Positions 12,417 to 25,248 of a stretch of DNA of 64,000 bases are shown here, piece by piece. The position numbers were made by a program, and so were the translations under genes. The notes under the pieces are model-generated. The model was not told the origin of the DNA, ran no database searches, and was given only the letters and a program-made list of their open reading frames with translations. The first letter of the stretch is position 1, and every line of letters begins with the position of its first letter. The DNA lies in contig OX597840.1 of NCBI GenBank assembly GCA_951406725.2, positions 4,960,001 through 5,024,000 on the forward strand, read 5' to 3'. Origin of the DNA: Octopus vulgaris. Taxonomy: Eukaryota.

Positions 12417-12755
12417 TGAAATGGATAAATGAATTATCTTGTTAAGGATTATTCAAAATTTAACCGATCCCGGGTAGCAAAAATCACAACAGAAAAGACA
12501 CGGTTGAAGTTACGACCTTGGGGTGTCTCAACCGTGCCTTAGCGCGGATAATTGAAGTTCAATATATTTAGTGAAGGGGAGAAATGGAGCTGAACGAAGA
12601 TTCTACATAATTCCTTTTATTATCTTCTACACATGTTTCAAAGGCCGCAAATTTCCAAATTCGGATTGAATAAGGAGACCATTTGCAGCATTCTCTTCAG
12701 GAAAATCCAGGAATTTAAAAATCCAAAACAAATGCGCAGCAAGGTAGAACAAAGC
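12410..12755 (-). mobile_element. Penelope-like 3'UTR/pLTR fragment, same family as 35.8-36.1 kb
   Basis: Shared blocks tcttcgttca.ctccatt, caaccgtgt and ttgctaccc.gg.atcggtt; contains a hammerhead; abuts (TA)n. Confidence 0.65.
12625..12703 (-). ncRNA. Type-I hammerhead ribozyme motif with extended stem II
   Basis: Minus strand: ttc-CTGAAGA-gaatgctgcaaat...atttgcggccttt-GAAA-catgtg-TA-gaa. Confidence 0.6.
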
Positions 12756-13277
12756 GCTACTATAAAATTGGATTCAATCCTAAATCTGATTTTTCCCTGT
12801 AAATTTGGATTTATTCCCTAATATTTATTATTATATATATATATATATATATAATATGTATATAATAATAAATATTAGGGAATAAATCCAAATTTACAGG
12901 GAAAAATCAGATTTAGGATTGAATCCAATTTTATAGTAAAATATTATATAATATTAATTAGAGACAAAACCACTATTTTGCAAATCAAACAAAGAAAGAC
13001 TTAATCCAATACATAAAAAAATTTTAATATAAATTAAATAAAATTAAATTCGCCACTACAATTGTTTCGTGTCTCCTCCAAGGACATTCATCAGGTATTA
13101 ACTTCATAACTTAAAATTGAATAGAAGATCTGAGTTCCACCTGATGAATGTCCTTGGAGGAGACACGAAACAATTGTAGTGGCGAATTTAATTTTATTTA
13201 ATTTATATTAAAATTTTTTTGTGTATTGGATTAAGTCTTTCTTTGTTTGATTTACAAAATAGTGGTTTTGTCTCTAA

Positions 13278-13290
<13 letters not shown>
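12756..13290. mobile_element. Double fold-back PLE pLTR relic in (TA)n
   Basis: Inverted arms ~12759-12832/12862-12938 and ~12946-13096/13139-13290; same family at 32278-32532. Confidence 0.8.
13137..13182 (+). ncRNA. Canonical minimal type-I hammerhead ribozyme (inverted partial copy at 13053-13096)
   Basis: ccac-CTGATGA-atgtc cttggagga gacac-GAAA-caattg-TA-gtgg: stem I ccac/gtgg, intact core, palindromic stem III. Confidence 0.85.
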
Positions 13291-13340
<50 letters not shown>

Positions 13341-13754
13341 TATATAAATCTTTGTTTGAGCACGTATAACTAAATTGGTTAAGAGAAATAAAGCATTAAA
13401 GCATAAATGAAAAAACTGTGTTCTAGCTCTTCGTTAATCAGTCCAAATCGTAAGCTTATATCTTAAAGGATTTATTCCAATAACTATTGTAGACATGTTT
13501 AACGAACAGACGTATTAGAATTATACATTTATATAATAATAAAATCCTTCTCGTTGAAGAAATGGTATTCATTGTATGATATGCACACAACATCTAATGT
13601 ACAACGGTTATTTAAATAAAACCTTTTTCTGTACACATGCGCATAGGCAGACAGGCGTGGCTGTGTGGTAAGAAGGTACACAACGAAGGTACTCGAGCAT
13701 CCCTTTTACTCCTGATACATCCACCTTTATGATACTGTCCCACGAGTCTATTTT

Positions 13755-14222
13755 GATACTAGGGTTATAATTATGGGTGACAATTTCATACGACACCGCT
13801 ACCGAAAATGGGATTTTTTTCTAGCGGTGTCAAATGAAAATGTTACCCATAATTATGCCCTAGTATCGATCTATTGCATTTCAATCTATTTTAGATTTAG
13901 GGTTAGAGTTAGGGTTAGGGTTAGGTGTTGGGGAAGGGTATCTTTTTTCTTCACAAATGTAAATAAACCCAATCTGTTTCTTAAAGGAGGGACATATTCA
14001 TTATGCACAGAATGTTATTTACCAAAATGGATGCTAGTGATAGGTTAAAATTGCCGAAATGCAAGAAATTTCAGACGAAATATTTTACAACCTACAGAAT
14101 TTTCTCAATAAAACCAAGAGAAAATGATGTTTTATAAACACATTCTACCAGTATACGAAGTTTAAAACTTTTTAGTTACCTAGAAATTATGCTACGAAGT
14201 GCCGTTCAAAAGGAAAAGATCC
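13755..14222. mobile_element. Second copy of the TTAGGG-containing MITE with a rearranged left end
   Basis: Body matches 7040-7426 and the right TIR ends gaaaagatcc; the left TIR is replaced by an inverted subterminal duplication. Confidence 0.8.
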
Positions 14223-14739
14223 GAAAATTTTTTTTCATCAAATCTTAATATACACTCAATCAACAGGATCTAAGCGATTATTTTATGGAATTTATGAGGC
14301 AACAAAGTCGGTGGAGTATACATCTGTAGTTATGCCCATAATTATTCGATAGTTATTTAATGAAGTCACTATTTACGGCTGCTTACATTTTAATTTTTTT
14401 CCGTGAAGTTTTCACAGGTTCAGGTAGTAAAAATTGCAATCGTAAATTTAAAAAAAATAAAGAAAAAAGAAAAAATTCGTCGCAAAAAATCACGTAAAAA
14501 AATCGCCGAAAACTGCCACAGTAACGAATACTTGGGAATCCAAAATTTTCAGGATTGCGGGTTCGGATTCGACCCGGAATGTTTTTAATTTACTCACGGA
14601 GTCGGCTTGATTCCAAAATGGTAAGATATGTTGGGCTACGGCATCTAGGAATAAAGTTGAAAGAATGTGACACACTGACACACTGACATTTATTATATTA
14701 GGTATGTATGTGTGCTTGTGTGTGTATGTATTCTTTTAG

Positions 14740-15066
14740 TCTTTTATTCTTTTATTTGTTTCAGTCATTTGACTGCGACCATGCTGGAGCACCACCTTAA
14801 GTCGAACAAATCGACCCCAGGACTTATTCTTTGTAAGCCTAGTACTTATTCTATTGGTCTCTTATGCCGAACCGCTATGTTACGGGGGACGTAAACACAC
14901 CAATAGTGGTTGTTAAGCGATGGTGGGGGAACAAACACACACACACATATATCACTGGCTTCTTTCAGTTTCCGCCCACCAAATCCATTAACAAGAGTTT
15001 GGTCGGCCCGAGGCTATAGTAGAAGACACATGCCCAAGGTGCCACGCCGTGGGACTGAACCCGGGA
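14740..15066 (-). mobile_element. SINE family A, 5'-truncated
   Basis: Match to family A. Confidence 0.85.
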
Positions 15067-15205
15067 CCACAAATGAACGTAGAACACAACGGGAAACGAA
15101 ATAATAAAATCAAACAAGGAAACGGACTTTTTTTAACAACGGAAAAACAGAGTGCAAGACAAACAATACAAGGAATATTCCCCTTCATCAGCTGTCCCTG
15201 TTCGA

Positions 15206-15210
<5 letters not shown>
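15064..15210. repeat. ~150-bp repeat, probably a PLE pLTR fragment; second copy at 16320-16470
   Basis: Near-identical copies; minus strand has ctgatga plus a hairpin but no GAAA. Confidence 0.6.
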
Positions 15211-15238
<28 letters not shown>

Positions 15239-15241
<3 letters not shown>

Positions 15242-15355
15242 TAAATATATGGCACAACGAAGTACCGATATTTACTGGAAAATAGCGAACGTAAATATCT
15301 TACGTTCGCTATTTTCCAGTAAATATCGGTACTTCGTTGTGCCATATATTTACTT
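15239..15355. repeat. Perfect fold-back palindrome (56-bp arms, 5-nt loop)
   Basis: aagtaaatatatggcac...gcgaacgtaa-atatc-ttacgttcgc...tatttactt; one arm recurs at ~50-104. Confidence 0.9.
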
Positions 15356-15420
15356 CTATGTATAATTTTCCCTCACGGGCTATTCTTTACTGGAATGCAA
15401 TACTCTCGTATTGCATTACT

Positions 15421-15498
<78 letters not shown>

Positions 15499-15967
15499 TG
15501 GGTTTGTTATATAATACACACATACACACACACATATCGTCAGCTACTTACTTCCCTAATATCCGTGAAGAACACGAGCGCAAGAATCCACGAGCGAATC
15601 ATATTCTGTCGTAGCCAGCGAAGTAAGACTTGTCACGTTACGTGTGATACCAGCGTCGCGCGTTTGTTGCTCTGAAAAGAGGCGAAAGTTTTCCTACTGT
15701 GTTTTGATGACAAAACATTCTGATTATCAAGTTTGTATTGTAGCCAGACGCGTTTGTAATGTGATATTGCGCAGAGGAACACGCAAAGTGTCGCCATCTT
15801 GTCGTAGACTTCAACATCTTCCACAAAAGTCCACTGATGATCACAGTTTCCAGAATGTGAGAGAGCAGTATGAAATATATAAGAGGCCATTTTACGCAAG
15901 TATCTACAGGCATCGCATTGATATGTGCACACAAGAATCGTGCATACACACGTATACACACACGCAC

Positions 15968-16021
<54 letters not shown>

Positions 16022-16073
16022 CGTACACATGTATATACGAAAGATATGTACAATGAACATATATATTCGCATG

Positions 16074-16106
<33 letters not shown>

Positions 16107-16138
16107 TTAATATACATATATGTATGTACATATGTACG

Positions 16139-16175
<37 letters not shown>

Positions 16176-16249
16176 ACAATTTAATAAATAAAACATATGC
16201 ATACATACATACATATATGTACATACTTACATCGATATGTATATATACA

Positions 16250-16315
<66 letters not shown>

Positions 16316-16552
16316 TATAGGACACCACAAATAAACGTAGAACACAACGAGAAACGAAAACATAAAAACAAACAAGGAAACGGACTTTTTTAACAACGAA
16401 AAAACAGAGTACAAGACAAACAATACAAGGAATATTCCCCTTCATCAGCTGCCCCTGGTTCGACTCATATATATATGTATTCTGGGTTTGTTATATAATA
16501 CACACACACATATCGTCAGTAATTCATATCTATCAGACGCCATGATAGATCT

Positions 16553-16593
<41 letters not shown>

Positions 16594-16927
16594 ACATGTA
16601 TAAGTACACGAGGTGATCAGACTCTGCTTAAGTAGAGAACCACAATATAAATATGTGTGTGTGTGTGTGTGTGCGTGTGTGTATGTGTGTGTGTATAGTA
16701 AATATATATATATATTCATGCATACATATATCTATACAGCGATATGCGTAAGCATATATATATATATATTCTGTTATCATTTTTAAATTGATACGCTAGA
16801 TGACAACAGAGTCAGTGGCATCTTCGCAAATTAATTTTTTCGTGAATTATTTACTCCGTATTGATATATGTATATTGGTAAAAACGGTAAGATATATATA
16901 TATAGGTAAGATATATATAAAAACGGT

Positions 16928-16970
<43 letters not shown>

Positions 16971-16973
<3 letters not shown>

Positions 16974-17136
16974 CGCAGGAGTGGCTGTGTGGTAAGTAAC
17001 TTGCTTACCAACCACATGGTTCTGGGTTCAGTCCTACTGCGTGGCATCTTAGGCAACTGTCTTCTATTATAGCCTCGGGCCGACCAAAGCCTTGTGAGTG
17101 GAATTGGTAGACGGAAACTGCAAGAAGCCCGTCGTA

Positions 17137-17169
<33 letters not shown>

Positions 17170-17405
17170 GCGTGTGTGTGTTTGTGTGTCTGTGTTTGTC
17201 CCCCTAGCATTGCTTGACAACCGATGCTGGTGTGTTTATGTCCCCGTTACTTAGCGGTTCGGCAAAAACAGACCAATAGAATAAGTACTGGGCTTACAAA
17301 AAGAATAAGTCCCGGGGTCGAGTTGCTCGATTAAAGGCGGTGCTCCAGCATGGCCGCAGTCAAATGACTGAAACAAGTAAAAGAGTAAAAGAGTAAGAAA
17401 GAGTA
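16971..17405 (+). mobile_element. SINE family A, full copy
   Basis: Match to family A. Confidence 0.9.
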
Positions 17406-17678
17406 AATATATATATATATATATATATATATACAAGATAAGAAAATGGAGAAATGCATCTAAATCAAATATCAATTACCAGATAATACTCAATCACATA
17501 CTTTATTAAACCACCACATAAGAGACTGTAGGGTTAAATATAAAAAGCAGAACAAATCAGTGTACATTAAGGAAAGTACATAAAAAAGTGTACATAAAAG
17601 ACTAATGTTGTATAATAATTAGAATATATATAAAAAAGAGTATAAATACAAGTAAATATAAATATAAGTATACATTAT

Positions 17679-17805
17679 ATCTTACAGCTGTTTCGGCCAT
17701 GTCGATAATTATGTCTCATTTTACCAATATTAGCCCTTTATGGTTGGTCAAAATATAGATATAAATGAGACATTAACAAAAATATCACAAGGCCTCTTCG
17801 GAGAT
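17679..17805 (-). ncRNA. Hammerhead ribozyme motif, CCGAAGA core variant, long stem II
   Basis: Minus strand: atct-CCGAAGA-ggcc...ggcc-GAAA-cagctg-TA-agat; internal stem atgtctcattt/aaatgagacat. Confidence 0.65.
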
Positions 17806-18299
17806 TATGTAATATAACACAGTCTACACATATACCCACATGGTTGTGGGTGCGTACCCACAATACAACAGATATATACATATGAGTGCATATACTCACA
17901 CTCCTATACATATAAAAACATATACATTTACATAATGATATAAATAAATAATATAAATTAGTAAACATATATATGTGTTCCACACCCAATGTCTCAGTTT
18001 TTCGACTTAATATTGTGATAATAAACATACACACATTAATACCTAGATGTAAATATACATAGTCAATAGTACATTATATTACTTCATAATAGTTTCCAAA
18101 GTGTCATTAAAGATAGTATCATACAAGGAAAATTATTAACTGGAACACGGACATACATATATTCTGCTCTGGATCATAAGGTAAGAGTTATTAATAATAT
18201 TATGAATGATAACAATGATAACATTAATTGTATTGACAACGAATATATATTATATATATATATAATGTATGTGTGTGTGTGTGTGTGTGTATGTGTATA

Positions 18300-18638
18300 G
18301 TGAAAGCGCATGGCTCAGTGGTAAGAGCGTCGAGCTTGCGATCGTGAGGCTGCGAGGTCGAATCCCGGACCAGGCAGCGTGTTGTGATCTTGAGCAAGAC
18401 ACTTTATTTAACGTTGCTCCAGTTTACTCAGCTGTAGAAATGAGTTGCGACGTCACAGGTGCCAAGCTGTATCGGCCCCTTTGCCTTTCCCTTGGGTAAC
18501 ATCAGTGGCATAAAGAGGGGAGGTCGGTATGCATGGGCGACTGCTGGTCTTCCATAAAACAACCTTGCCTGGACATGTGCCTGGGAGGGTAACTTTCTAA
18601 GTGCAATCTCACGGTCAGTCTTGACCGAAGGGGGTCTC
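18300..18638 (+). mobile_element. SINE family D (tRNA head, CORE-like segment)
   Basis: A-box tggctcagtgg, B-box ggtcgaatcc, cttgagcaagacactt; copies at 35122 and 50086. Confidence 0.9.
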
Positions 18639-18728
18639 AGCATATATATATACATACATACATACATAGCCTTCTGGTTTGTTTAGAAATATGTTATATA
18701 TATATATATATATATGTATGTATTTATT

Positions 18729-18760
<32 letters not shown>

Positions 18761-19464
18761 TGTATGTATGTATGTATGTATGTATGTATGTATGTATGTG
18801 TTACTGTGAGGTGGGGTTTATCTGCATCTCACGGGGTAACTGCACCCATGTAAAATATTTTATAAAATTTGTCATAACACACATTAGATGTTTGATGTGA
18901 AAAAACGATCCCTGTGAGAGATTTTATCTGATCTTGTGAGCATCCCGAAAGTGGAAATATCCAGAAAGTGGAAACACTAAAGGTAAGCTACCTTGAAATA
19001 AAATTGACCCAGAACATTGATTTCTGGCACATTTGTGACGCATATCCCTGAGGCAGATTGTTAGGGAAGAAGGCACCTTACAATTATGTTGGTAAACTTT
19101 CATGCAAGGATGCTGATGACTGATAGATGATTCAGTAATATAGGTGCTGCTTTGATGTGGAGCTTTTAGGTGTTTTCGCTCAATAAACACTCACAACGCC
19201 CGGTCTGGGAATAGAAAGAAGGCACCTTACAATTATGTTGGTAAACTTTCATGCAAGGATGCAGATGACAGATAGATGATTCAGTAATATAGGTGCTGCT
19301 TTGAGGAGTCTGGTTTTTATCTTTCCTTTAAAGAGCCACAAAATCCCGACCTCTTAAGTTTAGACAAAGAAGCAATTGTTACAATCCTTGCAAAACCTTT
19401 ATTCGTGAAAGACAGGTTGTGTTTTAACAAGGATGTCCTTTTAGGAGTATTGCTTGCGTTATAC

Positions 19465-19785
19465 TCTTTCTATTTACTCTTTTAATTGTTTCAGTCATTT
19501 GACTGTGGCCATGCTGGAGCACCGCATTTAGTCGAGCAAATCGACTTATTCTTTGCAAGCCCAGTACTTATTCTATCGGTCTCCTTTGCCGAAGCGCTAA
19601 GTGACGGGGACGTAAACACACCAGCATCGGTTGTCAAGTGGTAAGTAGCTTGCTAACCAACCTCATAGTTCCAGGTTCAGTCCCACTGCGTGGCATCTTG
19701 GGCAAGTGTCTTCTGCTATAGCCCCGGGCGGATCAATGCCTTGCGAGTGGATTTGGTAGACGGAAACTGAAAGAAGCCTGTCATA
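19465..19785. mobile_element. Rearranged SINE A: inverted 3' half fused to a forward 5' half
   Basis: Junction ...catcggttgtcaag|tggtaagtagcttgct... at ~19638. Confidence 0.75.
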
Positions 19786-19799
19786 TATATATAATTTTT

Positions 19800-20204
19800 T
19801 TTTCTACTTGTTTCAGTCATTTGACTGCGGCCATGCTGGGGCACCGCCTTTAGTCGAGCAAATCGACCCCGGGACTTATTCTTTGTAAGCCCAGTACTTA
19901 TTCTATCGGTCTCTTTTGCCGAACCACTAAGTGACGGGGACGTAAACACACCAGCATCGGTTGTAAAGCGATGCTAGAGGGACAAACACAGACACACAAA
20001 CATACACACACACATACATATACATATATATACATATATACGACAGGCTTCTTTCAGTTTCCGTCTATCAAATCCACTCACAAGGCACTGGTCGGCCCGA
20101 GGCTATAGCAGGAGACACTTGCCCAAGATGCCACGCAGTGGGACTGAACCGAGAACCATGTGGTTGGTAAGCAAGCTACTTACCACACAGCCACTCCTGC
20201 GCCT
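19800..20204 (-). mobile_element. SINE family A, full copy
   Basis: Match to family A. Confidence 0.9.
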
Positions 20205-20464
20205 ATGTCTCATTTGCACACCTAGTCTTTTATAATTCATTGTATTTAAGGTGTGAAAATGAAAGTAGTGCACGATTGCCCCAAGGCGTGGGTTAAACGT
20301 GCACCCATACTTTTTGTGATCATATCTATTAGAAATGTGGTTATATGCGCAAAAGGTTGTACTAATATAGAGCTTGAAAAACATGTCCCATTTTTTTCTT
20401 GAGCTCCCTGTATCGTTTTATTTTTTTTAAATAGTAAAGAAGATCCACATTTACTCCACCTCAC

Positions 20465-20541
<77 letters not shown>

Positions 20542-20544
<3 letters not shown>

Positions 20545-20729
20545 CGCAGGAGTGGCTGTGTGGTAAGTAGCTTGTTTACCAACCACATGGTTCCAGGTTC
20601 AGTCCCACTGCGTGGCATCTTGGGCAAGTGTCTTCTGCTATAGACCCGGGCTGACCAATGCCTTTTGAGTGGATTTGGTAAACGGAAACTGAAAGAAGCC
20701 TGTCGTATATATAAAAGAGAGTAAAAAGA

Positions 20730-20731
<2 letters not shown>
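20542..20731 (+). mobile_element. SINE family A, 5' half joined to tail
   Basis: Match to the family A head; 3' module missing. Confidence 0.85.
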
Positions 20732-20771
<40 letters not shown>

Positions 20772-21559
20772 AGTTCTTAGCCACTTGCACGTTAATTTCA
20801 CGTGCTGACTGTTCCGTCGATCGGATCAACTGGAACACCCGTTGCCGTATGTGTGTGTGTTTGTGTGTGTGTGTGTGTTTGTGCGTGCGCGCGTGTGTGT
20901 ATGTATGTACATGTGGCGTGCTGGGTGTGTCCGTTCTCCCACCCACCACTTGACACTCCGACACGAACACGAGCATACATACAAATTCCCTACCACACAC
21001 ATACAGATCGTCATTGCCAAAACCTATTGACACACAATTTGTAACTCACATACTCACAGGCACACAGATACACATTCGCACATACGCAGCTACTCACACG
21101 CCAGCGCATACATAAACCCATGTACTATTCTCACAATGTCCACACTCGGATAAATGCACGTCTTTACACTGGCAAAAATGCCAAACACCCACACGCCACT
21201 ATACACAGGCACAAACATACATAAATCTACACAAACACACATAAACACATACAAACACTAGCATACACAGACTCACAGAAATACATACAGTCCACTACCT
21301 AGGGTTTCATAGACAAGCAAAAGCTAAATGGCAAAAAATTCCGAATTTGCAATGGTCATCGGGAGTTCCTATAATCATATTTAGCGAGTAGCCATGTCTC
21401 TTGTATTCGACGCCGAAATACAGGCAAAAATTATTAAAAGGTGGCTTGGCCCCAAGGTCCTTATCTTCCTCCCAAATGGTAAGATTTATGCGTCATTAAT
21501 CGGTCTTGATTCCACCGGGGTCACAATTGAAACAGCGAACGATTCTTTACAATGCATTA

Positions 21560-21812
21560 TACGTCCGTGTGTCTGTAAATGTTTGTATGCATATGTGTGT
21601 GTGTGCTTGTGCGTGTGTTGTTTGTGAGTGTGTGTGTATGTGTGCATAGAGGTATGTATGTATGTGTACATGTGTGCGTATTTGTTTGTATATATATGTA
21701 TATATATATATATATATATTTCTGTATAAATCTCGATATATTTGTATATATGTAAATATAATGTATGTGTGTGTGTGTGCGTGTATGTATATACATAGAT
21801 TTATGAATATAA

Positions 21813-21846
<34 letters not shown>

Positions 21847-21868
21847 GCATACACGTGTGTAAATATAA

Positions 21869-21900
<32 letters not shown>

Positions 21901-21916
21901 GCATACATATATATAA

Positions 21917-21992
<76 letters not shown>

Positions 21993-22380
21993 ATATATAT
22001 GTATATATATATGTGTATATATATGTATATATATATGTATATATATATGTATATATATATATGTGTGTGTGTATATATATATGTATGTACATATATGTAC
22101 ATATATATATACATACAGGCATTGCGTGGATTATGTGGTTAAACATTGGTCCTAAGGTGACACCCTCTCAGCTTTTACGTATAAGACTTGAAGCTTAATA
22201 TTGCGCGTAATATGTGTGTGTGCACGACGGTGTTTGTGTATATGTGTGTACATACACACACACACAAAAACACACACACACATATATATACACACATGTA
22301 TTCATACAAACATACTTACAAACGTGTGGATGCGTGTATGTGTATGTATATATATATATGCGTGTGTGTATGCGTCACAA
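21560..22380. repeat. Compound (TG)n/(TA)n microsatellite field
   Basis: Direct reading. Confidence 0.9.
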
Positions 22381-23179
22381 GAGGAATTACTTTTGGCCAT
22401 TCATAATATTATAATGTGTCTTATGAAAGTAAGTTAGGGTATGGAGGGTGATGGGGGCTGATGTCATCGTGTGAGTATTAGCTTGTATTTAGGGGACTAT
22501 ATGTGTAAGTGCGCGCGCGTGTGTATCTGTGTTTGTCTGTCAGCAATGTAATGTGAGTAACAATAGTATTATGTCGAGTGTAAATTCCTTCTCCCAAATG
22601 GCAAAAGAAAAATAATTTGGCTTAATAGATTTAAGAAGCTAGAACGGATCAAACATTCATATCGTCTGCCAACGGACTTTCGTTATGCTTGCTGTCCATT
22701 AAGATTTTCACATCTTAGTTATAAATATATCATAAACAAATAATGCCTTTTCGACGCTACGTTGACCTATCACCTCACCATACCATGCCGAACCTAACCT
22801 GCCCCATACCACGCAAAGCAGTAATAACCCTATAGCGCCCTATAACACTGCGTTGCGATTACCCTAGAGTTGTGCTATATTGCAACGACGTCGAATTAAA
22901 TAAACGCGGCTCCATGTTTTGTGCCGCCATCTTTCACTGCGTCACGTTGCATTGCGTTACACGTTGCTGCGTCACATTTTGCTGTGACACGCAGTGCCGA
23001 GTTGCTATACGCTATTATTACAAGATCGATGCACCATTATATACTGCGTCGAATCGACATGGTACAACGCACTTAATACGTCATATTTTTGTTGCGGCAC
23101 ACTCCGCTGCTTCACACTGCACCGCGTCGTATTGCGATACACCTTAATTGCGACCGTAGTGCATTACGCCAGCAATTTT

Positions 23180-23355
23180 AGGGGTGGGGTAAGTCGATTA
23201 CATCATCCTCAGTGTTGGACTGGTGCTATTTTATCGACCCCGAGAGATAAAAGACAAAGACGACCCTGGTGGAATTTTAACTCAGAGCATAAAGACAGAC
23301 GAAATGCTGCTAAGCAATTTGCCTGATGCACTAAAGGTTCTGCCAGCTCGCTGCC

Positions 23356-23357
<2 letters not shown>
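23180..23357 (-). mobile_element. SINE family B, diverged partial copy
   Basis: Match to 702-936. Confidence 0.8.
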
Positions 23358-23413
<56 letters not shown>

Positions 23414-23425
23414 TAATAATAATAA

Positions 23426-23860
23426 TGGTATAAAAGATGGGCTACAGCAAATATTCTGCTCAATACCACAGATTTGCTTGTCAGTTGTTTGACCTTAACC
23501 AGGTGAGCATGTCCCTTAGTGGCTGACGATATGTGTACCTCTGATTACGAGCAGAAGTAGTGGGGAAGCATCATAGCCATATGTTGAGAGGAATTATTTG
23601 GGGTTTGGATAATTCACCTCTGGAAACATGGGTGTTTCATTCAACATCCTTCTCAGGGACCTTTTGAGCAGGATGGGTTACTCGACCAGAAGAATATTCT
23701 AACTGGGCCCCACCTGCAAGGTCATGTGCTGTTTATCTTGATATGGGATCACCATGTCGCGCACATATGGTTGTGATGCATGTGTTTAGTGTACCCTTAT
23801 CAGATGGGTAGTCATGATTGGTATACTGGGCTTCGTATATTTGTACCCCAGTGTCACTTC
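23426..23860 (-). mobile_element. Repeat family E embedded in (AAT)n
   Basis: Inverted match to 28877-29364; both copies are flanked by TAA/TAT arrays. Confidence 0.8.
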
Positions 23861-23861
23861 A

Positions 23862-23894
<33 letters not shown>

Positions 23895-23908
23895 ATAATA
23901 ATAATAAT

Positions 23909-23939
<31 letters not shown>

Positions 23940-23948
23940 CAAACAACA

Positions 23949-24017
<69 letters not shown>

Positions 24018-24019
<2 letters not shown>

Positions 24020-24229
24020 TCTTTCTAAACTTGGCACAAGGTTAGTAATTGAAGGTGGAGGAGGTTAGTCGATTATATAGAGCCCTGTACTTGACTGGTA
24101 CTTTATCTAATCGATCCTGAAGGGATGGAAGGTATAGTTGATCTCGGTGGGATTTGAACTTGGAACGTAAAGATCCGGAAGTAATGCTGCCAAGCATATT
24201 CATGACGTGCTGACAATTCTGCCAGCCTT
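24018..24229 (-). mobile_element. SINE family B variant with TAT tail, diverged
   Basis: Head ..ggctggcagaattgtcagcacg; tail ccttgtgcc...ttagaaagaattattatt as in 28643-28876. Confidence 0.7.
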
Positions 24230-24600
24230 GCGTACTGCACATGGTCGAAAATTATTAGTATTAGCGAAGAATTTTTTTTTTATCAATGTGCTCAACAAAT
24301 GTACGTGTAAGATCTTAATTCTTTGGGGCTACGATATATGCAGTAAAAGAATTGACAAAAAGTGCCATCTGATATACAATTTAAAAGTAATGTGAACTTG
24401 TTTCATCTTTTACAAGAACTATATCTCTTATCAGGTGAAGCAAAGTGTAATAGAACCCTTTTATAACCAGTCGTCAGGTAGAGCAAGATACAGCATTGCA
24501 CTGTACTTACAAATGCAGCGAACAATCGTTAATAAGTTCAGAATAAAATGGAAGTACCTAATAAATGGTTCAACACGATTTCTAGGCCCTTGAATCCCTT

Positions 24601-24836
24601 CTTATTTCTTTATTGCCCACAAGGGGCTAAACATAGAGGGGGTAAACAAGGACAGACAAATGGATTAAGTCGATTACCTCGACCCCAGTACGTAGCTGGT
24701 TCTTAATTTATCGACCCCGAAAGGATGAAAGGCAAAGTCGACCTCGGCGAAATTTGAACTCAGAACGTAACGGCAGACGAAATACCGCTAAGCATGCCGC
24801 CCGGCGTGCTAACGATTCTGCCAGCTCGCCGCCTTG
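24601..24836 (-). mobile_element. SINE family B, full copy
   Basis: Match to 702-936; TSD-like gaatc(c/t)cttct. Confidence 0.9.
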
Positions 24837-24861
24837 AATCTCTTCTGTCGAACTCCGAATA

Positions 24862-24901
<40 letters not shown>

Positions 24902-24983
24902 ACAATTTAATAAATAAAACATATGCATACATACATACATATATGTACATACCTACATCTATATGTATATATACATGCATATA

Positions 24984-25083
<100 letters not shown>

Positions 25084-25101
25084 ATGTATGTATATGTATA
25101 T

Positions 25102-25248
25102 TAGTTTCCGTCTAGCAAATGCACAAGGCTTTAGTCGCCCCGAGGCTATAGTAGAAGACACTTGCCCAAGGTGCCACGCAGCGGGACTGAACCCGGAACC
25201 CTGTGGTTGGGAAGCAAGCTTCTCACCACACAGCCAGGCCTGCGCCTA
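25102..25248 (-). mobile_element. SINE family A, 5' half
   Basis: Match to the family A head. Confidence 0.8.

Noticed and set aside
15170-15200. ctgatga plus hairpin on the minus strand as a hammerhead (also ~16430-16455)
   Set aside because: No GAAA or stem III follows, so the motif is incomplete.
22740-23170. GC-richer island with ORFs 22872-23147 and 22994-23326
   Set aside because: It shows ~5-bp periodicity consistent with a decayed simple repeat, and the peptides have no recognisable domain.
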